Shown piece after piece: positions 19,660 through 29,492 of a stretch of 64,000 nucleotides of DNA. The stretch lies in the NCBI GenBank assembly GCA_029262175.1, contig JAJCZV010000099.1, positions 35,561 through 99,560 of the forward strand. Reading direction: 5' to 3'. The stretch is from Gemmatimonadota bacterium. Its GTDB lineage: Bacteria > Gemmatimonadota > Gemmatimonadetes > Palauibacterales > Palauibacteraceae. Each line of letters starts with the position of its first letter. Positions within the stretch are counted from its first letter, which is position 1. The notes beneath the pieces were generated by a model. The model searched no databases, had not been told where the DNA came from, and saw only the letters and a list, made by a program, of their open reading frames with translations. Position numbers and translations under genes: made by a program.

Positions 19660-20191
19660 CATGACCGCGCCTCCGGATGACCTGATGGTTTTGCTCGCGC
19701 GCACGCCGACCACCGTGCGTGCCCTGCTCGAAGACCTGCCTCAACAACTTCTCTACGCGGACGAAGGGGAAGGGACCTTCAGTCCCTTCGGCGTGCTGGG
19801 TCATCTCGTGCAGGGAGAGCGCGACGATTGGATTCCAAGAGTTCGATGGATCCTGGAGCACGGGCGTGACCAACCGTTCGAGCCGTTCGATCGGTTCGCT
19901 CACATCGAGGCGACCGAGGGCCGATCGCTTCAGGAGCTGCTTGCGGACTTCGACGAGCTGCGGAAGGTGGGGCTGACGGCCTTGGGTAAGCTCATCGATG
20001 AAGGAGTCGACCTCGACGCGGGCGGTCTTCATCCCGAACTCGGCGAAGTCACGCTAGGTCAATTGCTCGCCACATGGGCCGTCCACGACCTGGACCACAT
20101 CGGGCAGATCGTCCGCGTGGTGGCGCGTCGATTCGATCAGGATGTCGGACCTTGGAAGGAATACCTCCCGATCCTCCACCCGCGGAACTGA
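19660..20191 (+). CDS. DinB_2/YfiT-like metal-dependent hydrolase/thiol-transferase family protein
   Basis: Two His-containing helices (GHLVQGE..., HDLDHIGQI) typical of the DinB_2 fold. Start taken at the MTAPPDD Met. Confidence 0.6.
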
Positions 20192-20199
20192 GGGGAGAC

Positions 20200-21279
20200 T
20201 CAGGTCGCTCGGGCGCGTTCGACCGCTTCCGCCAGGGATGCCCCATACGGGGGACGATGGATGCCCCACTCCGTTACGATGCCAGCGATGAGATCCGCCG
20301 GTGTGATGTCGAACGCGGGGCTGTACACCGCGACGTCCGCGGGCGCCGTCAACTTCCCGAACCCCTTTCTGATCTCGTCGGGACTCCGGTGCTCGATCGG
20401 GATTTCCGCCCCCGTGGCCGAATCCAGGTCGACCGTGGACGTGGGTGCGAGGACATAGAAGGGGACACCGTGGTGCCGGGCGAGGACGGCCAGAGGGTAG
20501 GTGCCGATCTTGTTCGCCACATCGCCGTTGGCAGCGATTCGATCCGAGCCGACGAAGACGATATCCGGCGGATTCGACGCGAACAGCGACCCGGCCATGT
20601 TGTCAGCCAGCACCGTCACTTCGATCCCCGCTTGCGAGAGCTCCCACGCGGTGAGGCGGCTCCCCTGAAGCAGAGGTCGGGTCTCGTCGGCGAACACCCG
20701 GATCCTCTTTCCAGCCTCCGTGGCCACGTAGACCGGGGCCAGAGCGGTGCCGATTCCGCCCGTGGCGAGCGATCCGGCGTTGCAGTGCGTGATGACGGCG
20801 TCGCCGTCCTCGAGGAGCGCCGCCGCATGCTCGCCGATCGCGCGGCACATACGACGATCTTCCGCATGGATGGCATCGGCTTCTTGGGCGAGGCGCTCCG
20901 CCAACGCCCCGGCGTCGGCGAAGTCGGTGTCCGTCACGGACGCCAAGCGCCGGAGGGCCCAGCCCAGATTCACCGCGGTGGGACGGGCCTCGTACAGTCG
21001 TCCGGACCACCCCTCGACCGAGGCGTGGAGCTCTTCGAGCGTGGCCCCGGCCGCCACCGCCTGCCGCGCCAAAGCCGCGAGTCCCAACGCGGCCGTGATG
21101 CCGATCAGAGGGGCGCCCCGCACCCGCAGGCTCTGGATGGCCTCCTCGACCGCGCGCACGTCGCGCAGTTCGAGTTCGACCCGTTCATCGGGGAGCCGCG
21201 TCTGGTCGAGGATGACGAGACCCATGCCGTCAGGGGTCCAGCGGATCGTCTCTGGGATGGCCATTGGAGGTGGGTTCAT
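20200..21279 (-). CDS. mtnA: S-methyl-5-thioribose-1-phosphate isomerase (eIF-2B-related family)
   Basis: Motifs GAPLIGITAALGLA, TRPLLQGSRLTAWEL, VGSDRIAANGDVANKIGTY. 359 aa. Confidence 0.8.
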   Translation of the reverse strand: MNPPPMAIPETIRWTPDGMGLVILDQTRLPDERVELELRDVRAVEEAIQSLRVRGAPLIGITAALGLAALARQAVAAGATLEELHASVEGWSGRLYEARPTAVNLGWALRRLASVTDTDFADAGALAERLAQEADAIHAEDRRMCRAIGEHAAALLEDGDAVITHCNAGSLATGGIGTALAPVYVATEAGKRIRVFADETRPLLQGSRLTAWELSQAGIEVTVLADNMAGSLFASNPPDIVFVGSDRIAANGDVANKIGTYPLAVLARHHGVPFYVLAPTSTVDLDSATGAEIPIEHRSPDEIRKGFGKLTAPADVAVYSPAFDITPADLIAGIVTEWGIHRPPYGASLAEAVERARAT

Positions 21280-21394
21280 GGCAGGGAACTTATCCGACGC
21301 TGAGCAACGCGCTACCTTCCGGATGTGGCGGACGCCCGACGTCCGCCCGCCTGACGAGCGTCACCGGAAGCTGAGAGCCATTTAGGAGGCTACC

Positions 21395-23479
21395 ATGAAT
21401 CGGTCTTGGACCAGCCGCGCGTCGTTACGCGCCCCCTTCGTCGCACACCTTTTGGCGGTCGCTCTTGCGCTGCCTGTCCTCTCGCAAAGCGCCCCTTCGA
21501 ACACGTTCGGGCCGGCGGATGTCTTCGAGCTCGAGTACGCCGGAGATCCCCAGATTTCGCCAGACGGATCGCAGGTCGTCTACGTGCGCACGTTTATCGA
21601 CATCATGACGGACCGTGAGCGACGAAATCTGTGGATCACCAACTACGACGGTTCCAACCACCGGCCGCTTCTCACGGGACAGCAGAACTTCTCGTCGCCG
21701 CGCTGGTCGCCGGATGGTTCAACGCTCCTCTACGTCGCGAGCGATGAGAACGAGAAGCAGCAGCTGTTTCTCCGTTGGATGGACACGGGTCAGACGGCCA
21801 TGCTCACACACCTCGACAGAGGTCCGGGCGGGATCTCGTGGTCGCCCGATGGGCAGACGATTTCGTTCAGCATGTTCGTGCCCGATGACCCGAAGCCGTT
21901 TGCAGAGATGCCGGCGAAGCCGGAGGGCGCGACCTGGGCTCCTTCCCCGAGGACCTACGAGCGCCTGTTCTACCGATCCGATGGTGCCGGCTTCTTGCCG
22001 CTCGGCTACTCGCAAATATTTGTGCTTCCAGTTCAAGGTGGGACGCCCCGTCAGCTGACCTCGGGTCCCTATAATCACGGCGGCACGCCGGAGTGGACGC
22101 CGGACTCTCAGCACTTACTGATCTCGGCTACTCGGCGCGACGACTGGGAGTACGTAAACGACTCCGAGATTTACGAGGTCGCACTTGCCAGCGGCGCCAT
22201 CCGCCAACTCACCGACCGCAGGGGCCCCGACGGCGGCGCGACCGTTTCGCCGGATGGTCGAAGCATCGCCTATCTGGGCTACGACGACCGCTTCCTGGGA
22301 TACCAGGTCACGAAGCTCTACGTGATGAATCGGGATGGATCGGACCCGCGCATGATCGCCGATGACCTGGACCGGTCGATCGGGAACCTGAATTGGGCGA
22401 GCGATGGTCGCGGTCTCTTCTTTCAATACGATACAGAAGGGAACACCCGACTCGCGCACGTAGACTTGCAGGGAACCGTGACGGACCTCGCGTCCGATGT
22501 CGGCGGCTTGTCGCTGGGTCGACCTTACGGCGGAGGCACGTATACGCTGGCAGGGAACGACCGGTTCGCGTTCACGCATGGAACGCCGGACCACCCGGCG
22601 GATCTCGCGGTCGGCTCGCGGGGATCGGAAGCGCAGCGGCTCACGTGGCTCAACGAAGACCTGTTTGGTCACAAACCATTGGGTGAAGTCGAAGAGGTTT
22701 GGTACGAGTCATCGCATGACGGACTTCGCATCCAAGGCTGGATCGTGAAGCCGCCCAACTTTGATGCGAGCCGCAAGTATCCGCTCATTCTCGAGATCCA
22801 CGGCGGTCCGTTTTCGAACTACGGCGACCGCTTTAGCGCAGAGATTCAGCTCTACGCTTCGGCGGGCTACGTCGTTCTGTACACAAACCCGCGTGGGAGC
22901 ACGAGCTACGGCGAGGACTTCGGAAACGAGATCCACCACGCCTATCCCGGAAACGACTTTCACGACCTGATGTCAGGTGTGGATGAGGTGATCGGCCGCG
23001 GGTACATCGACGAGAATCAACTTTATGTGACCGGAGGTTCGGGCGGTGGCGTGTTGACGGCCTGGATCGTCAGCCACACGGATCGGTTTGCGGCGGCCGC
23101 CTCGCAGAAGCCCGTCATCAACTGGTACAGCTGGGTACTCACCGCGGACATGGGTGGGACCGGTGGGATGAATTACTGGTTCCCCGACGCGCCGTGGAAC
23201 GAACTCGAGCACTACATGGAACGCTCTCCCATTCACCACGTGGCCAACGTGAAGACGCCGACCATGCTGATCACGGGTGAAGTCGACTGGCGCACGCCGA
23301 TGTCGGAGTCGGAGCAGTTTTATCAGGCCCTCAAAGTTTTGAAGGTGCCCGCCGCGCTCGTACGGATCCCGGAAGCCTCGCACGGGATCGCAGCGCGTCC
23401 GAGTCACATGCTCGCCAAGGTTCAGCATATCCTGGCGTGGTTCCAACGGTATCGAACGGAAGGAACGACCACGCAGTGA
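21395..23479 (+). CDS. S9 family serine peptidase with N-terminal beta-propeller, secreted
   Basis: Signal peptide. Propeller repeats (WSPDG x several). C-terminal hydrolase with GGSGGG nucleophile motif. Confidence 0.8.
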   Translation: MNRSWTSRASLRAPFVAHLLAVALALPVLSQSAPSNTFGPADVFELEYAGDPQISPDGSQVVYVRTFIDIMTDRERRNLWITNYDGSNHRPLLTGQQNFSSPRWSPDGSTLLYVASDENEKQQLFLRWMDTGQTAMLTHLDRGPGGISWSPDGQTISFSMFVPDDPKPFAEMPAKPEGATWAPSPRTYERLFYRSDGAGFLPLGYSQIFVLPVQGGTPRQLTSGPYNHGGTPEWTPDSQHLLISATRRDDWEYVNDSEIYEVALASGAIRQLTDRRGPDGGATVSPDGRSIAYLGYDDRFLGYQVTKLYVMNRDGSDPRMIADDLDRSIGNLNWASDGRGLFFQYDTEGNTRLAHVDLQGTVTDLASDVGGLSLGRPYGGGTYTLAGNDRFAFTHGTPDHPADLAVGSRGSEAQRLTWLNEDLFGHKPLGEVEEVWYESSHDGLRIQGWIVKPPNFDASRKYPLILEIHGGPFSNYGDRFSAEIQLYASAGYVVLYTNPRGSTSYGEDFGNEIHHAYPGNDFHDLMSGVDEVIGRGYIDENQLYVTGGSGGGVLTAWIVSHTDRFAAAASQKPVINWYSWVLTADMGGTGGMNYWFPDAPWNELEHYMERSPIHHVANVKTPTMLITGEVDWRTPMSESEQFYQALKVLKVPAALVRIPEASHGIAARPSHMLAKVQHILAWFQRYRTEGTTTQ

Positions 23480-24219
23480 CCGATTGGCACGAGAACGATG
23501 AGTTCTGGCAGGGATTCGGCGGCACGATGTTCGACGTCGCGGCGTGGGAGGACGCGACGGAACAGGTGGATCAGCTCGAGACTCTGCTGGGGATCGAACC
23601 GGGAGTTCGCGTGCTCGACCTGTGCTGTGGCCCGGGCCGACACGCGCTCGAGTTCGCGCGGAGAGGCTATCGAGTCACCGGGGTCGATCGCACGGAGCGC
23701 TTCCTAGAGGAGGCTCGTCGACGTGCGGTAAAAGAGAAGCTCGATCTCGACTTGGCCCATTCCGACATGCGCGAGTTCGTCGACCCGGAGGCGTTCGACG
23801 TCGCGCTCAACCTGTTTACGTCGTTTGGCTATTTCAGTGATCAAGACGATGATCGACGCGTCGTAAGGAACTTGTTCGAATCGCTTCATTCGGGTGGCAA
23901 GCTGCTCATGGATATGGGCGGCAAGGAGGTGATCGCTCGGACATTCGAACACAAGCAGTGGCGTGAGCGCGATGGCGATTTCTACCTCTACGAGCGGACC
24001 ATCAAGGACGACTGGTCGTGGATCGAAAACCGCTGGATACGGATCGAGCTAGATGAGCGACAGGAGTTCACTGTCGGACATCGACTGTATTCGGCGGCCG
24101 AGCTCAAGCGCCTCCTGCATGACGCTGGATTTGTCGAACTCGTGGTTTTCGGCGGGCTCGACGGGCGGGCCTACGATACAGAGGCCAGTCGCCTCGTCAT
24201 CAAAGGATCCAAACCGTGA
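23476..24219 (+). CDS. Class I SAM-dependent methyltransferase
   Basis: Motif I VLDLCCGPGRHALEFARRGYRVTGVD. GTG start overlaps the upstream stop as GTGA. Confidence 0.75.
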   Translation: MTDWHENDEFWQGFGGTMFDVAAWEDATEQVDQLETLLGIEPGVRVLDLCCGPGRHALEFARRGYRVTGVDRTERFLEEARRRAVKEKLDLDLAHSDMREFVDPEAFDVALNLFTSFGYFSDQDDDRRVVRNLFESLHSGGKLLMDMGGKEVIARTFEHKQWRERDGDFYLYERTIKDDWSWIENRWIRIELDERQEFTVGHRLYSAAELKRLLHDAGFVELVVFGGLDGRAYDTEASRLVIKGSKP

Positions 24220-26180
24220 CGAAAAAGCGCGATCCTCTCGGGCTCGACCGAGACATCACACGGCGCGACTTCGTTCATCTCGCGGGCGCGGGCCTGGCGG
24301 CGTCGGCGTTCGTCGGGTGCGGCGGGGAAGGCGGTTCGTCCGCTGCCGATTCTTCCGCTAGCGGCGCCCCGCCGGCTGGTGCCACGGCAGGTAGCGGTAT
24401 GCGCTCGGACCCCTGGTCGGACACGCTTGGGCCAGACTGGTATGGGCCTGGCGGCGTCGGGGACTACGCTTCGTCGCACGGAAACACCCCCGAAGTCGTC
24501 GGCGCTGCCCACCGCTTGCGAGACGGGCGCGGGCCCGGCCAGGGCGATGCGTTCGAGACCGGCGAGCAGTACGACGTCATCATCGTCGGGGGCGGTTTGA
24601 GTGGGCTCTCCGCAGCGCATCATTTCAAACGTCTGCATCCCACCGGTCGCTGCCTCGTCCTAGACAATCACCCGGTGTTCGGCGGAGAGGCAAAGCGAAA
24701 CGAGATCGAGGTCGACGGGGTGCAGCTGATCGGCCCCCAAGGTTCGAACGACTTCGGCGTGCGGGAGCCGACGGGTCAGCCCGATGACTACTTCACCTCG
24801 CTCGGGATTCCGAGAGAGTTCGAGTATGCGCCAGCTGCGTCCAACGTCGAGGCACCGTTCGAGAACTACGGGTACATGCACTGGGTGCAAGACCGCTTCT
24901 CGGTCGGACACCACTTTGGCGGCGCAGGCGGAGGGTGGGTCAACGATCTTTGGAGCGACACCTCGCGAGCGCCCTGGTCTGAGGACGTTCGCGCCGGTTT
25001 CGAAAAGTGGCGGACGGTCAACATAGCGGATTATCGGCCTGGATCCGTCGGCGCGTCGGCTGACGAGACGGCCCGGTGGCTCGATACGATGACCCTGAAG
25101 ACGTACTACGAGCAGGTGTTGGGTCTGCCGCCCGAGGTCACAGCGTATGTCGATCCCATCTTGGCCAGCATCATTGGCCTGGGGTGCGATGCCATCTCTG
25201 CGTGGTGGGGATCTCACTTCGCGCTTCCCGGTTTCGGCGAGCCGTCTCGATACGATGGGATGACCTTCCACTCGTTTCCCGGAGGTAACGCCGGGATCGC
25301 GCGGTATTTTGTCAAAGACCTGATTCCCGACGCGATCGAAGGTCGACGCGAGCTGGGCGACGTCATCAACGGTCGCATCGGATTCAGCGCGTTGGATCGT
25401 GCCAACCAGACGGTGCGAATGCGGCTGGCTTCGTCCGTCATCGATGTCCGTCACCAGGGTGCGACGAGTGGCACCGAGCGCGTCCGCGTGACCTATGTTC
25501 GCGAAGGGCGCGCCTACGCCGCGGAGGCGTCGGGCGTGGTCATGGCGACCGGTGGATGGATGAACGCGCACGTACTGGAAGATCTGCCGACCGACCATCG
25601 GGCCGCCTACACGCACTTTCAGCACGCCCCGGTGCTGGTCGCGAACGTGGCATTGAGAAACTGGCGGTTTCTGGATCGCCTCGGCATCGCCGCCTGCATT
25701 TACGATGGCGACCTCGGGTTCTCCTGCAACATCCGTCGGCCCATGTACGCCGGGAATCACCGGCCGGAGTTTGGACCCGATCATCCGGCGATGCTCACCT
25801 TCTACATCACCTATGAGTCGCCGGGACTTTCGCCTTCAGACCAGGGAGTCCGGGGTCGCACCGAGCTATTGAGCAGCCCGTTCCGCGACTATGAGCGTCG
25901 CCTGCGCGAACAGATGGTCGTGTTGTTCGGGGAGGCAGGGTTCGACCCGGCGAACGACATCGGCGGTCTGGTGCTGAACCGCTGGGGCCACGCCTACGTC
26001 GCGCCGGGTCCGGGATTCCTCTACGGCGTGAACGGGTCGCCGGCGCCGCCCGACGTCATCCGCGAACCCTTTGGTCGGATCGCCATTGGACATTCGGAGC
26101 TGCGCGGACACCAAAACTGGACCGGTGCGGCAGCGGAAGGTCGGCGAGCCGTCGAGACCATCTTGGAGCGGATCGGCTAG
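24216..26180 (+). CDS. Tat-exported FAD/NAD(P)-binding oxidoreductase (amine/spermidine-dehydrogenase-like), probable lipoprotein
   Basis: Twin-arginine motif TRRDFV followed by AFVGCGG. Dinucleotide-binding YDVIIVGGGLSGLSAAHHF...LVLDNHPVFGGEAKRNE. Confidence 0.55.
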   Translation: MTKKRDPLGLDRDITRRDFVHLAGAGLAASAFVGCGGEGGSSAADSSASGAPPAGATAGSGMRSDPWSDTLGPDWYGPGGVGDYASSHGNTPEVVGAAHRLRDGRGPGQGDAFETGEQYDVIIVGGGLSGLSAAHHFKRLHPTGRCLVLDNHPVFGGEAKRNEIEVDGVQLIGPQGSNDFGVREPTGQPDDYFTSLGIPREFEYAPAASNVEAPFENYGYMHWVQDRFSVGHHFGGAGGGWVNDLWSDTSRAPWSEDVRAGFEKWRTVNIADYRPGSVGASADETARWLDTMTLKTYYEQVLGLPPEVTAYVDPILASIIGLGCDAISAWWGSHFALPGFGEPSRYDGMTFHSFPGGNAGIARYFVKDLIPDAIEGRRELGDVINGRIGFSALDRANQTVRMRLASSVIDVRHQGATSGTERVRVTYVREGRAYAAEASGVVMATGGWMNAHVLEDLPTDHRAAYTHFQHAPVLVANVALRNWRFLDRLGIAACIYDGDLGFSCNIRRPMYAGNHRPEFGPDHPAMLTFYITYESPGLSPSDQGVRGRTELLSSPFRDYERRLREQMVVLFGEAGFDPANDIGGLVLNRWGHAYVAPGPGFLYGVNGSPAPPDVIREPFGRIAIGHSELRGHQNWTGAAAEGRRAVETILERIG

Positions 26181-26201
26181 CGCGACCCTTACCGGGCGCG
26201 C

Positions 26202-26741
26202 CTAGCGGATTGCGGTATCGGCGCGCGTCGCGGCAGCGGCCCCGCGCGCAAACGCGATGTAATCCGATGGGGCCGGGACCTCACTCGCTTGTCTGAGCAA
26301 GAGCGCCACCTGGCCGCGATGATAAGAGCCGTGCAAAAAGACGTGGTGCAGGATGTCCTCTACCGAGGTTTCGAAACGATCGCCGGCGCTGTTGCGGTAG
26401 GAAATGGAGATTCCAAGTTCTTCGTCGGTGAGTTCCTGTAGCAACGTCGCATACCCTTCAAGAAGATGGACACGCAGCGCCTCCAGGCTCTCGGTATCGG
26501 TCGCGGGCCAAACCGCACCATCGGGTTCACCCAAGATCCGCGCCAACCAGATCTGCTCGGCCCCCAACACGTGCGCGTAGAGACTCCACGCTTCGTCGAC
26601 CGGATCTCGAGCGGCGGCCAGACTCTCCGCGACCAGATCGTCGGCCCAGAACATGTGCTCGAGAAGCCGAAGAAACGGCTTCTTTTTTACGTCGTCGACA
26701 GACAGTGCCAAACGCATCGCTTCGAGAAGCGGATCATTCAT
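26202..26741 (-). CDS. DinB/YfiT family protein
   Basis: Conserved His triad region (LEHMFW..., HHVFLHGSYHRGQV). Lies immediately downstream of ligD, same strand. Confidence 0.7.
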   Translation of the reverse strand: MNDPLLEAMRLALSVDDVKKKPFLRLLEHMFWADDLVAESLAAARDPVDEAWSLYAHVLGAEQIWLARILGEPDGAVWPATDTESLEALRVHLLEGYATLLQELTDEELGISISYRNSAGDRFETSVEDILHHVFLHGSYHRGQVALLLRQASEVPAPSDYIAFARGAAAATRADTAIR

Positions 26742-26760
26742 AGGGATCAGTCCAGTCGGG

Positions 26761-29358
26761 TCAGCCCAGTCGCGTGTGGAGCTTCTCCAACGCGCTCATC
26801 AGGTCCGGCTTCACTTCCAGCACCGGCAGAAACGGATCTTCCTTCATCGACGTTACGCGGCGGATCATCGTCTTGATCGTGAACTTGTTCATGCTCAACC
26901 CCTTCTTGACTTCGCTCCAGCGCAGCGGGGCGGAGACCGTCGCTCCCTTCTTAGGGCGCACGCAGTAAGGGGACACCACCAGGCGCCCGCGGCCGTTTTG
27001 CACGTAGTCGACATAGACTTTCCCGCCGCGCTTGCCTGGTGACCGCACGACCGTAGCGACGTCGGATCGGTCGGCCGCCACCGTTTGGGCGAGCAGCTGG
27101 GCCAACGAGCGTGACTGCTCATAATCGAGCTGTCCGCCAAGCGGAATCATCACGTGGATTCCAGAGGACCCGCTCGTCTTCGGATAACACGGGAGCCCGA
27201 TTTCGTCGCAGAGCGAGTGAATGGTGCGGGCCACCTCGATGACATCCTCGAACGAGGCATACACCTCCTCCCCATCGACTTGGTGCTTGGGGTCGAGATC
27301 GAGAAGACACCAGTCCGGATGGTCCAGCGTGTCCAGGCGACTCGCCCAGACGTGCAGCGGGATCGTCCCCAGGTTCGCGAGATACACGAGTGCCGCCGCG
27401 TTGTCCGCGACGAAGTACTCGATGCTTCGTTCGGACCCTTCGCTCCAGATCGGTTCCGTGCGGATCCATTCAGGCTCGAAACCCGGTGCGTTCTTCTGGA
27501 AGAAGCTCTTGCCGTCGATGCCATCGGGATATCGAGTCAGGACCAGAGGTCGTTCCTTGAGGTGCGGAAGAAGCCACGGCGCGATGGCCCGGTAATAGGC
27601 GATGAGATCGCCCTTGGTATACCCCTCCTCCGGCCAGAACACCTTGTCCAAGTTCGAGAGCGGGATGTCGTCGAGCGGTGGCGGTCCGAAGTCGACCGGC
27701 ACGGGCTCGCCCAAATCCTCGCGCGGATCTCGGGGTCGACGGCAGTCGGTCGGCGGCACGTCGCGGAGCCCGAGGAAGGCGGGTTGTCGAAGAAGAAACT
27801 CGTTCGTGAGTTCCTTGTACCGGACACCCGCGACCAGCTCCGGTGTGACCCACGTGTGTTCTGGTCCCTTCGGAATTGGCGGCAGGAAAGCGGGTTCCTC
27901 GCACACGAGCTCATCCAGCTGCGCGCGAATCGATTCCAACAGCTTTTGATCGAACCCGGTACCGACGCGTCCGGCGTAGCGAAGGACGCGTTGCGTGTCG
28001 TCCGTAGCGGCTTCGTCGGAGACCGAAGCATCGTCGTAGACCGCCACGTGCAGCGCGCCGAATCCTGTGCGCGACGACTTGGGCTGGGTAAACCCGACGA
28101 TGACGAAATTCGCCTGTAGTGCGGCGTGGATCTTCAACCAGCTGTCGGACCGATCGCCGTAGTACTTGGAGTCGGACCGCTTGGCCATGATCCCCTCCAG
28201 CCCCATCTCCTGCACCTGCTTGAAGAGGCCGGTCCCTGCGCCTTCGAAGCCCTCGCTGAATCGGATCGGGCCCGCCTCGGGCACGACGCGTCGCAGCAGT
28301 TCTCGGCGGGTCGAAAGTGCGAGTCCGCGCAGGTCGTAATCGTCGAAGCCGAGCAAATCGAACGCGTAGAAGCAAGCGGGCGATTCGAACGAGGCACGCC
28401 GGACATCGGGGGGGCGCGAAAGACGCGCGCGCTTTTGTAGACCCTGGAAGCTGGGGTATCCGGAGGCATCATGAACCACGATCTCGCCATCCAGCACGAC
28501 GTGATCGAAGGGTAGCTTCTTGAGCGAGCGCGCGATCTCCGGGAAGCTCGCGGTCGCGTCGTGTCCGTTTCGTGTAAGAATGCCGGCTCTTCCGTCGGAG
28601 GCAGACGCGAGCATCCGGTAGCCGTCGAGTTTGAGTTCGAAGATCCAATCCGGGTTGTCGAACGGCTCATCGCCCTGTTTGGCGAGCATGAATCGGACGT
28701 CTTTGGGATCGACGCGCGTCTGCTCCGCGCCGGCTTCGCCCAGCGCTTCGAGGATCGCTTCACCGGGGTACCATCCGGCTTCCCGTTCGGCCAAGTCCTC
28801 GACCGTCAGACCCGACAGCACTGACGTCTCCGGGAGCGATCCATCCGGGAGGATCGGGTGACCGCCGCGCTTCTCTCGGATCAGCAGCCACTCGTTGCCG
28901 GTCTCGCTCTTCTTGAGCCGGACCAGCGTCCACACGCCCTTGAGTTTGTGGCCGCGGAGCTCGAACAGAAGCTTGCCCTCCTCCAACCCGAGCGTCGGGT
29001 CTTCGAGCGCGATCCAACGCCCGATGTCCCAAACGATCATCTCGCCGCCGCCGTACTCGCCCTCGGGAATCACGCCCTCGAACTCGACGTACTCGACGGG
29101 GTGGTCTTCGACGTGGACCGCGAGCTTCTTATCCACGGGGTCCGGGGAGATGCCCTTTGGGACAGCCCAGGACAGGAGCGTCCCGCCCAACTCCAATCTC
29201 AGGTCGTAGTGGAGGCGGCTGGCGGCGTGTTTCTGGACCACAAATACGCCGATGCCCGTCCCGAGCGAGCCGCCAAACGGCTCGGGGGTGCGGTCCGCGG
29301 CGCGTTTGGCCCGGTATTTCGTGAGCGGCTGGGTCTCGCTCGCGGTTTTTCTCGGCAT
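26761..29358 (-). CDS. ligD: Multidomain ATP-dependent DNA ligase LigD (phosphoesterase - ligase - polymerase/primase order)
   Basis: N-terminal PE domain (VVQKHAASRLHYDLRLE...LLSWAVPKG). Ligase motif I ELKLDGYR. C-terminal Pol domain (IDGKSFFQKNAP). 865 aa. Confidence 0.9.
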   Translation of the reverse strand: MPRKTASETQPLTKYRAKRAADRTPEPFGGSLGTGIGVFVVQKHAASRLHYDLRLELGGTLLSWAVPKGISPDPVDKKLAVHVEDHPVEYVEFEGVIPEGEYGGGEMIVWDIGRWIALEDPTLGLEEGKLLFELRGHKLKGVWTLVRLKKSETGNEWLLIREKRGGHPILPDGSLPETSVLSGLTVEDLAEREAGWYPGEAILEALGEAGAEQTRVDPKDVRFMLAKQGDEPFDNPDWIFELKLDGYRMLASASDGRAGILTRNGHDATASFPEIARSLKKLPFDHVVLDGEIVVHDASGYPSFQGLQKRARLSRPPDVRRASFESPACFYAFDLLGFDDYDLRGLALSTRRELLRRVVPEAGPIRFSEGFEGAGTGLFKQVQEMGLEGIMAKRSDSKYYGDRSDSWLKIHAALQANFVIVGFTQPKSSRTGFGALHVAVYDDASVSDEAATDDTQRVLRYAGRVGTGFDQKLLESIRAQLDELVCEEPAFLPPIPKGPEHTWVTPELVAGVRYKELTNEFLLRQPAFLGLRDVPPTDCRRPRDPREDLGEPVPVDFGPPPLDDIPLSNLDKVFWPEEGYTKGDLIAYYRAIAPWLLPHLKERPLVLTRYPDGIDGKSFFQKNAPGFEPEWIRTEPIWSEGSERSIEYFVADNAAALVYLANLGTIPLHVWASRLDTLDHPDWCLLDLDPKHQVDGEEVYASFEDVIEVARTIHSLCDEIGLPCYPKTSGSSGIHVMIPLGGQLDYEQSRSLAQLLAQTVAADRSDVATVVRSPGKRGGKVYVDYVQNGRGRLVVSPYCVRPKKGATVSAPLRWSEVKKGLSMNKFTIKTMIRRVTSMKEDPFLPVLEVKPDLMSALEKLHTRLG

Positions 29359-29492
29359 CGCCTGGATCTCCTGACCGGCTCCGCGCTCGCCTCGGCTCCG
29401 TTTCCGTCCCCCAACCTATTATCTTCGAGGCTACATCGGGTCGCTGGTGCGGCGCGGATGGTACTCGGTATGCATGACGGAGGGGAGACTCT

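Noticed and set aside
19412-20032. 206-aa minus-strand ORF overlapping the DinB_2 gene
   Set aside because: The plus-strand product has the DinB_2 His motifs and a sensible start. The minus-strand translation is R/G-rich with no motifs.
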